A stretch of DNA of 64,000 nucleotides from a virus: IMG/VR virus record IMGVR_UViG_3300021962_000066, positions 1 through 64,000 of that record. One strand, given 5' to 3'. The number at the start of each line of letters is the position of its first letter. Within the stretch, counting starts at the first letter, position 1. Below the pieces are notes generated by a model. That model searched no databases, was not told the DNA's origin, and worked only from the letters and a program-made list of their open reading frames with translations. A program made the position numbers and the translations under genes. Positions 57,325 to 64,000 of the stretch are shown here, in pieces.

Positions 57325-58232
57325 AATATTCCTCTAATATCGAGGTTTTTGCTGAGAGGAGCTAGTATACTTGGTAGGGTGCCTTTAGAAATTCTATCTA
57401 TTATGCTTACTAGAGGAAAGTAGAAATTTGTTTCTAATGTATAGTGTGAGTATACCCACTTAGTAGACATTAATCCGCGCCCCTCAGTTAATGATGATGC
57501 ATCATCATACCCCATACTACGACTACCTATCTCAATCGGGCAGCAATTATAAAATCTCCATATCTTTCGAGGTATCATTGCAATGCCTCGAAAGGTACGA
57601 GTAAATTGTAAGATAGTTACGTTCGCTTTTACATTCTTAATTGATTCACTACGGTTAGCAGGATCCCGTGCAACAAACCCAAAATGTGATGCTGCTATTA
57701 CCCACGGTCTAAGTACAAAATCGGTAAAGGAGGTATTAGTTTCTAGAAACTGCATGGTGAGCTGATTAGGGTATACTCGATCACCTGCTATCGGAGCAGG
57801 AGTATAGCCTGCATGGTTTTGTATGTTAACCGAACCAACAGTTAAGCTATCAGTCGGTATATCTACCCCCTGCGCGAAGATGCATCCTGTTATGTTTTGA
57901 AGGGGGTATGATGTTAGGATACTCACCGCGCGGTTAATATCAAATCCCTTCTTATCGCCGTCAACTCGCTCTAGACCCTGTAAAATAGCTGTATTAATAC
58001 ATTTTGGATACTTATCTATTATTACTATCCACTGCGTATTAATAGGAATAGAAGTATTCCAAGACTCCATTTGCGTTAGAAAGTAATCTCGTGCACTTAC
58101 GATAGGTACACCGGGGAGATTGAAGCCGAATAAATTAGCAAGCTGCGGCGCAAATAGAGGATTTTCGCCGCCTGCAATCTTACTTATATTTTGTCCGATC
58201 GACCTAATCGCACTAGTAAACGGGTCGTTCAT
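57321..58232 (-). CDS. Tail tube-like/baseplate tube initiator (gp54-like)
   Basis: V.IP...L...L.MQFLETN....DF..RPW...YNC.P..I tube-fold pattern; follows the tube gene. Confidence 0.6.
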   Translation of the reverse strand: MNDPFTSAIRSIGQNISKIAGGENPLFAPQLANLFGFNLPGVPIVSARDYFLTQMESWNTSIPINTQWIVIIDKYPKCINTAILQGLERVDGDKKGFDINRAVSILTSYPLQNITGCIFAQGVDIPTDSLTVGSVNIQNHAGYTPAPIAGDRVYPNQLTMQFLETNTSFTDFVLRPWVIAASHFGFVARDPANRSESIKNVKANVTILQFTRTFRGIAMIPRKIWRFYNCCPIEIGSRSMGYDDASSLTEGRGLMSTKWVYSHYTLETNFYFPLVSIIDRISKGTLPSILAPLSKNLDIRGIF

Positions 58233-58249
58233 TATACCATTACTTATAA

Positions 58250-58283
58250 AAATAGCCTGCTATTTGCATAGCAGGCTATTTTG
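58250..58283 (-). terminator. Terminator after the tail tube gene
   Basis: AAAATAGCCTGCTA / TAGCAGGCTATTTT inverted repeat. Confidence 0.75.
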
Positions 58284-58298
58284 TGTATAGTTTTAATA

Positions 58299-58841
58299 CT
58301 AGCTGCGTGTCCAGTAATGGTAAGATACTGTTGCATCAAACTCTATCGCACTACCCCCACCGGTCATATCGTAACCAAGGGCGCCACAGGTAATAATACT
58401 AACACCAACTAATTTATATTGTGCGATTTTCGTAAGCTGATTGTCTAGCTGAACCATGTTAATAGTTGACGTTGCGCGCGGAGTAAAGTAATTACCGGTG
58501 CTGTTTGCATCATCAAAAACGTCACGCGACCACTGCTCGAACTTCTGCCGAATCTTGGACTGAGCATCAGCATAGAATTTAAGAGAATACGCCGCACTAC
58601 CCGGGTAAGTAGCACCACCTGGTACGTTAAACGTTAATCCCATGTACGGTATTGGTACGTTTGTAATGTCACGCGCAGGTAAAGTAGCTGACTTTAGATA
58701 TACTAAATCATCCTCATCATATGTTGCAGAAGTTGCGCCGCCTGTGTCGATTGAGAGTAGTCTAAAGTTAAAATCACGCGCAAAGTCGCGATTCTGCGCT
58801 ACTCGGTAGAAATCTGTGATTGATTGTTTTACGTCAGCCAT
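58299..58841 (-). CDS. gp19: Tail tube protein (gp19)
   Basis: KSATLP...I.IPYMG...PG, IRQKFEQW, V.QLD, EF.AT.SY.YW; directly after the sheath gene. Confidence 0.9.
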   Translation of the reverse strand: MADVKQSITDFYRVAQNRDFARDFNFRLLSIDTGGATSATYDEDDLVYLKSATLPARDITNVPIPYMGLTFNVPGGATYPGSAAYSLKFYADAQSKIRQKFEQWSRDVFDDANSTGNYFTPRATSTINMVQLDNQLTKIAQYKLVGVSIITCGALGYDMTGGGSAIEFDATVSYHYWTRS

Positions 58842-58912
58842 GTAATTATTTATAGCTAGCAGCTAATCTTCTTAGGAATTAGATTGCAGATTTTTATATT
58901 AAAATAGAATAA

Positions 58913-61255
58913 CTAACCAACTATCTCTTGAAAGTCAACGCTGGTTCTAGTTGCATAGAAGTTACAGAGAATAAACTCTGCAGTTCTAACCGGCTTAAGG
59001 TAAATATCGACTACCAATTCATTAGCGTCGATTATATCAGGGGTATTATTTCTCTCATCGCAGATGATCAAGTAATCATAAACGCCTTCGGTATTCTTAG
59101 CATTTTCGAAGATTGGTGTTAAAGTATTAATAACCCGAGTCCTGGTAAGTAGGGTGTTTGGTTCAAATACGAAGAATTTGAGAGTTTCTTTCGTGACCTT
59201 TTCTAGTGCAATAAACAATCTACGAACATTAATTCTATCGAACGCAGACGGCTTCTTGAGTAGTGTCTTTTGACCGTATATAACGAATCCTTCGTTCGGA
59301 AAGAATGCAACCGGGTTAAAGGAACTCTTGTATAAAGTATCACGATCCTTCTGTCTCGGGTATATCGCAATATCGAGTGCATTACCTACAATCCCTCGGG
59401 TAAACCCGGCAGGAGCATACCACGGTTGGAAGTTGGCGTCCGTATTTGCCATAATACTCGCAGCATAACCAGAGAACGGCACCCACGTAAACATACCGGA
59501 CGACGGGTCGCTTACCTTTACACAGGTTGCATATGTAGTAATATAGCTCGTATTATATGAAGCATATAGATTCCTGAGCGGATAGTAGATATCCTTACTA
59601 ATAGTTGCACTTTCCTTATTAATATTTTTAAATGTGCCGCCTTGTATAAAGATGTTAATAATAGGATCTGCGATTATAATAAAATCTTTTCTAGAAACAT
59701 CGTCTACTAGTGCCTGGAATGTATTGAGCACAGCCCTATAGTTACTAGTACTGGGATCAGTACTATCAGGCTGACTTTGTTTATATAACTTAGTAGCTGC
59801 ACCAGTTGAGGAAGCTGCGGAGCCTATATCGAAATATGTAAAGTCATCAAACGACCCGTCGTTAGCACAGGCCGCGGCAAATATAGTACCAAGACCAGCC
59901 TCGACAGCTATATCAAACGGAAATACATCTGAATTCTTAAAAGTATCGAAAATTTTAGTTAACTTAGTAGGAACATTACCAATTATTTTAACGCTGAGAT
60001 CGACCGGATTATATACGCCAGCCGGGTATAGGGCATCGGCTGGGCCAATTGCTGCGACTGCGTCTTGAATACTAGCGGTACCGGATAACCCAATAAAATC
60101 GCATCTATTTTGCGCGTTAGCCGCACTAGTAAACTGATTTATAGTATCTAGATTAGGACTATCGGTCAACCCGGGGCTAGCTATTCTTATCTTGACAGTT
60201 GGTAAACCGTTGTTACCGAGATACGTATTCCCTTGAATTATTCTACTGAGATACGGATTCGTCTTAACAATTATATTAGGAGACTTTGATGCGATAGTAT
60301 CTATAAAGTAGCTCGTAGCAGGTCCTCCTTGATCGCTGTTTTGCTGCCTATGAGAATCAAGGGAACCTTGATATACTTCGTTTAAGTTTACACTTAATTG
60401 AATACTATTCTTACTGAAAACAGATTGGCTCAGTTTAAATACACAAATTGATAATATATCATCATACGATCTATCCTGAGTCAGATCAAACGACGATGCT
60501 CCGGATTCGATTATCTGTGATACACTGCCTTCTTCCGTATCACCACCAGTTAGCGCGGACCCGATTCGGTCGGTGCTTAAAATTTCAAAACTATCTTCAC
60601 TAGATAGAGTATATATTCTACGAATTGATTTATTCTCGAGCCCCGGAGATAAGGTTGTATTATCTACAATACCGATGTAGTACCCCTCCTTTTGAGAGCT
60701 TACATCTGATTGAGACTGATTTGCAATTATTAGTGCAGCATGCTTTAGAGAGGAGATGTTACTGTTTAACGTGCTTTGACCGCATGCTGTACTGTAGGCA
60801 AATAGACTGCCCTGTAACCAGCTGTCATACTGTGGCCGAGTTAGAGTATAATGCGTAGGTGCACCGAGCATATAAACACCGCTTGTTTGAATATAGTGCT
60901 GTGCTGTTAAGGCCGCGACGCCACCGGTACAATCACCAGCAGACAGATATATTGCAGGAAAACCTAAGACGCTATAATTATCGACAGCAGTACCATAAGG
61001 TAGTCTAGTAACTAATACATCTGCAGGACTCTGAAGAGCTGCATAGACAGTGTGATAGAAATATCTTTCTGCACCGTTTGTCGGCTTACCGTAAATTTGT
61101 TCAAATTCAGATATGCTGGCGATCTTAATAGCGTCATCTGTCGGTCCCTTCTGAGCAAAACCAGGAATGAAGATAGTAGTCGCAGCAGATCGTATTGGAC
61201 GTAACGAAAGATCAACTTCGTTAATCGATACCCCAGGAGATTCAAGTCGTGCCAT
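58913..61255 (-). CDS. gp18: Tail sheath protein (gp18)
   Basis: SPGVSINEVDLS, WYAPAGFTRG, GQKTL, SAFDRINVRRL, FEPN, CDERNNT, KPVRTAEFI. Confidence 0.97.
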   Translation of the reverse strand: MARLESPGVSINEVDLSLRPIRSAATTIFIPGFAQKGPTDDAIKIASISEFEQIYGKPTNGAERYFYHTVYAALQSPADVLVTRLPYGTAVDNYSVLGFPAIYLSAGDCTGGVAALTAQHYIQTSGVYMLGAPTHYTLTRPQYDSWLQGSLFAYSTACGQSTLNSNISSLKHAALIIANQSQSDVSSQKEGYYIGIVDNTTLSPGLENKSIRRIYTLSSEDSFEILSTDRIGSALTGGDTEEGSVSQIIESGASSFDLTQDRSYDDILSICVFKLSQSVFSKNSIQLSVNLNEVYQGSLDSHRQQNSDQGGPATSYFIDTIASKSPNIIVKTNPYLSRIIQGNTYLGNNGLPTVKIRIASPGLTDSPNLDTINQFTSAANAQNRCDFIGLSGTASIQDAVAAIGPADALYPAGVYNPVDLSVKIIGNVPTKLTKIFDTFKNSDVFPFDIAVEAGLGTIFAAACANDGSFDDFTYFDIGSAASSTGAATKLYKQSQPDSTDPSTSNYRAVLNTFQALVDDVSRKDFIIIADPIINIFIQGGTFKNINKESATISKDIYYPLRNLYASYNTSYITTYATCVKVSDPSSGMFTWVPFSGYAASIMANTDANFQPWYAPAGFTRGIVGNALDIAIYPRQKDRDTLYKSSFNPVAFFPNEGFVIYGQKTLLKKPSAFDRINVRRLFIALEKVTKETLKFFVFEPNTLLTRTRVINTLTPIFENAKNTEGVYDYLIICDERNNTPDIIDANELVVDIYLKPVRTAEFILCNFYATRTSVDFQEIVG

Positions 61256-61304
61256 ATATAATTATTTATAGTTGCAAAAAATATTTTTCATCATTATTCA
61301 CTTA

Positions 61305-61946
61305 TTATATAGAATCAACTTGCTCTATTAAAGAAACAGCAAATTGACTATATTCAAATTCCGCTGTTATATCGATTTCGCTGCCATCTCTATAAGATAG
61401 ATCAATTCCTCCTAAAGTACTCGGGAAAGCCCCAGTATAAACGAACTCTGCTACCCTTTTTTCGTATTCGTCTAAAGCGAATATTGATATATCAGTCGAG
61501 TAGTATTGCAGTTGCTTACTATATGTACCTACATGAACATCGGCACCATTTACCAATTTACTCGGCAAATTAGTTACATCGACAATATCATTGCTGTCGT
61601 ATATTGATTTTTTATCGTCGTTTAATATATCTAACCACTTATATATGAACCAGTAATTATTAAATCTGTTATCAACTGTAAAGTTAACAGTTAAGGTCGG
61701 ATACGTTAAACGACTATGGCTTGAAACTTTTACGGATTGTCCTGCATATTTATTATCAATAGAGGGGACTTTAATAGCCGGGGCTATCACCCCATACACC
61801 GACATGGTAAATGTATCAGGGTCTGCATATAAATCATTATGTGCAAATTTACGAATCATTCCTTTAAGCCCTTTAGGGACTGGTATGACCATTATAAACT
61901 TATCCTTACGTACTTTATTGAACGGCGATTGAATATAATCACTCAT
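61305..61946 (-). CDS. Tail completion/tube-like protein (gp3-like)
   Basis: P.I......Y..L.VNFTVDN.F.NY..IY.W...F..AFP..L.GI...F.YS motif. Confidence 0.7.
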   Translation of the reverse strand: MSDYIQSPFNKVRKDKFIMVIPVPKGLKGMIRKFAHNDLYADPDTFTMSVYGVIAPAIKVPSIDNKYAGQSVKVSSHSRLTYPTLTVNFTVDNRFNNYWFIYKWLDILNDDKKSIYDSNDIVDVTNLPSKLVNGADVHVGTYSKQLQYYSTDISIFALDEYEKRVAEFVYTGAFPSTLGGIDLSYRDGSEIDITAEFEYSQFAVSLIEQVDSI

Positions 61947-64000
61947 AGCGACTATTAGTATTTAATGTTCTCCATCCCGAATCATGGGGCTCATCGGGCA
62001 TTCTCCAACCATCACTGCGTAATTGTTCTATATCTACATCGTATGGTGAGGTATAATTATCACCACTTATGAGTATAGGTAGATCCAACTCCGTTTTCGT
62101 TTTCAAATTTATTAATGTTTGCGTAGGATCTATAAACTCTCTTATACCGTAATCAAACCGCTTTATTAATAGTGGTCGTTCGTTTGCATCTTTATCTATT
62201 ATTTCGAAGTACTTGTCGGCTAATTCATTTTCTAAAATTATGAGTGCCCATATTAAACTCATCACTCTATCATCCCAGCTATCAGAACCTGCAGCAGCAC
62301 CCCACGTACCATTAGCACTTCTTACAAAGTTTCTAAGTTCTGTAAGCGTACGAATATCTCGTATCTTAACGGCCCTAAGTTCGTTTAAATAATATCTCAT
62401 ATTCATAACACCCTTATATTTGGTGTTAGTATGAGCTAATATACCTAGACGGGCATAGACGTTACTCCCAATCTTTGGTCCGTATGATACTATGTTTTGA
62501 TAACTGTGTTGAGCTCTCAGTTGATCTACTACCTGCGAACCGCAGTTGTTTCTCTCTATGCACGCAGGTGGGTTGCCCCAGTTTTGAAACACCTCTAAAC
62601 ACTTGGCTATAAATTGTATAGGATTAATAGTGTTGTTGTGATATACAGCAACTTGCTCGATATTTTTAAGATCTGTTATATCGAAAATTTGAATAACTGA
62701 CGCAGCTTGACCTACGCCTTCGCTTACATCTACTCCTGCAACATAGATTTTATCCTGAGACGGCGGCTCCCACACCAGATAATGACCATCATCAAATATA
62801 AACGCAGGCTCTTTAATATCCTCTTTAAGCTTCTCGAAAAGTGATTCATCAACTACGCTCTCACCTGTTTTTAGAAATACATTACAAAACTCTTGCGAAA
62901 ATGCTTCTGAACTTCCTAGAGATTTTATAGTATTGGCCTTCCAATCCTCATCTCTACCCGGGACTTCCCACCAATCGACGCGCTCACCGGTCCAGCCGTT
63001 ATTATTTTTTTCAGCGCCTTTATATAAATCATAAAATAAATTGTCTGATCCGTTCGGTGTTGATGCTATAAAGATCTTCGACTTCTGTGAAGACGAAATA
63101 ATGGGGTATACGGATCGCCAAAACTCAGTTACCATGTGGTTATCGATAAAAGCAAGCTCGTCCAAAATCAAAACATTACACGAATCACCACGGCCAGCGT
63201 CACTTGATGTAGTTGAGATACCTATACTAGAGCCGTTAGCAAGAGTCATGGAAGTCTTGCCATATTCAATAACACCCGGTTTTAGGTAGTTAGGTAACTG
63301 TTCATACGCCATTCGAATACGCTTAAAGATATTAATTGCAGTTAGCTCTTTATTAGCAACAACAAGAATACGCTGATCTTCCTGGAAGCATGCTATCCAT
63401 AAAGCGTATATCGTCATAATTGTAGTATTGTGGGTCGGAATGTATTGATTTCCACATAGATACAGATTACCCGGGCTATCGACAGTTATACACCTTACAG
63501 GTACGGACTCTACTTTCTTAACGCTTTTAATATAATGCCATTGCGACCTGAGACTGGTGTCATTGATAAATTCTCTGCACTTAATTCTGTTCCGCTTGAA
63601 CGCAAGCTTGCATACATACTCAATCGGCTTGAAGCATAATACACCTGACTCCTTGCATTCAACACCATTGAGTTTAGGAATATAGGTTTTATATGTGACC
63701 TTATAACCGAGACTCTCTACTAGTTTTTTTGTTTGTAAAACAAGACCTTGATTAGTGTTATAGAAATTCGCATTACCTCTATCATCGATATAACCGTCAC
63801 TATCGATTAATCCTCTGAGTAATTCTAGTCTCTGCTCCCTACTAGCTAATAGGTACTCAGGTGGTATGTGTTTATTACCTAATAGGTTAGTACTACGCAG
63901 TAGGGTGTTAAGACTATTAGATTTAACCTTTTCTTTTACAGTAATCCTCAAGCTATATACCCCGTCCTTATATTCATGTAGGACGAGCTTATCAAACTGC
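61939..64000 (-). CDS. gp17: Terminase large subunit (gp17), 5'-truncated by the window, contains an intein
   Basis: ILDELAF Walker B, ASTPNG, FSQEF, GVDVSEG, IERNN, DDRVMS nuclease motifs; frame open to the window edge. Confidence 0.95.
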   Translation of the reverse strand, partial: QFDKLVLHEYKDGVYSLRITVKEKVKSNSLNTLLRSTNLLGNKHIPPEYLLASREQRLELLRGLIDSDGYIDDRGNANFYNTNQGLVLQTKKLVESLGYKVTYKTYIPKLNGVECKESGVLCFKPIEYVCKLAFKRNRIKCREFINDTSLRSQWHYIKSVKKVESVPVRCITVDSPGNLYLCGNQYIPTHNTTIMTIYALWIACFQEDQRILVVANKELTAINIFKRIRMAYEQLPNYLKPGVIEYGKTSMTLANGSSIGISTTSSDAGRGDSCNVLILDELAFIDNHMVTEFWRSVYPIISSSQKSKIFIASTPNGSDNLFYDLYKGAEKNNNGWTGERVDWWEVPGRDEDWKANTIKSLGSSEAFSQEFCNVFLKTGESVVDESLFEKLKEDIKEPAFIFDDGHYLVWEPPSQDKIYVAGVDVSEGVGQAASVIQIFDITDLKNIEQVAVYHNNTINPIQFIAKCLEVFQNWGNPPACIERNNCGSQVVDQLRAQHSYQNIVSYGPKIGSNVYARLGILAHTNTKYKGVMNMRYYLNELRAVKIRDIRTLTELRNFVRSANGTWGAAAGSDSWDDRVMSLIWALIILENELADKYFEIIDKDANERPLLIKRFDYGIREFIDPTQTLINLKTKTELDLPILISGDNYTSPYDVDIEQLRSDGWRMPDEPHDSGWRTLNTNSRYE
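63427..64000 (-). mobile_element. Intein with LAGLIDADG homing endonuclease in the terminase (C-terminal part)
   Basis: LLRGLIDSDG block, VRCITVD..LYLCG block F, terminal THN followed by Thr. Confidence 0.92.

Noticed and set aside
1-64000. Stop-codon reassignment as seen in some large phages
   Set aside because: Core genes (sheath, gp6, terminase, clamp loader) are full length in the standard code, and TAG, TGA and TAA all end genes

Overview
This window is a fragment of a large, AT-rich T4-like (Tevenvirinae/Kyanoviridae-style) myovirus genome in the standard genetic code. (1) 1-11050 is an early accessory region of small single-gene cassettes driven by two repeated sigma70-type promoter/leader families, with repeated terminators, structured intergenic elements, an IscU Fe-S scaffold gene and cytosine-depleted genes. 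(2) 11070-23640 holds late genes behind TATAAATA boxes; many share a T4 internal-protein-like N-terminal tag. (3) 23621-36549 is a tightly coupled minus-strand enzyme cluster at the end of the baseplate/fibre gene run: five radical SAM enzymes, a flavin-dependent halogenase, a split transketolase, two NAD-dependent epimerases, two deacetylases and glycosyltransferases. It is the best candidate for an undescribed system, probably virion-protein tailoring. (4) 36553-64000 holds fibre/lectin, baseplate (gp6, gp25, gp53, gp48, gp26-like), clamp loader, dUTPase, small terminase, tape measure, tube, sheath and an intein-bearing large terminase that runs off the right end. All calls come from motif recognition by eye; no database searches were run.
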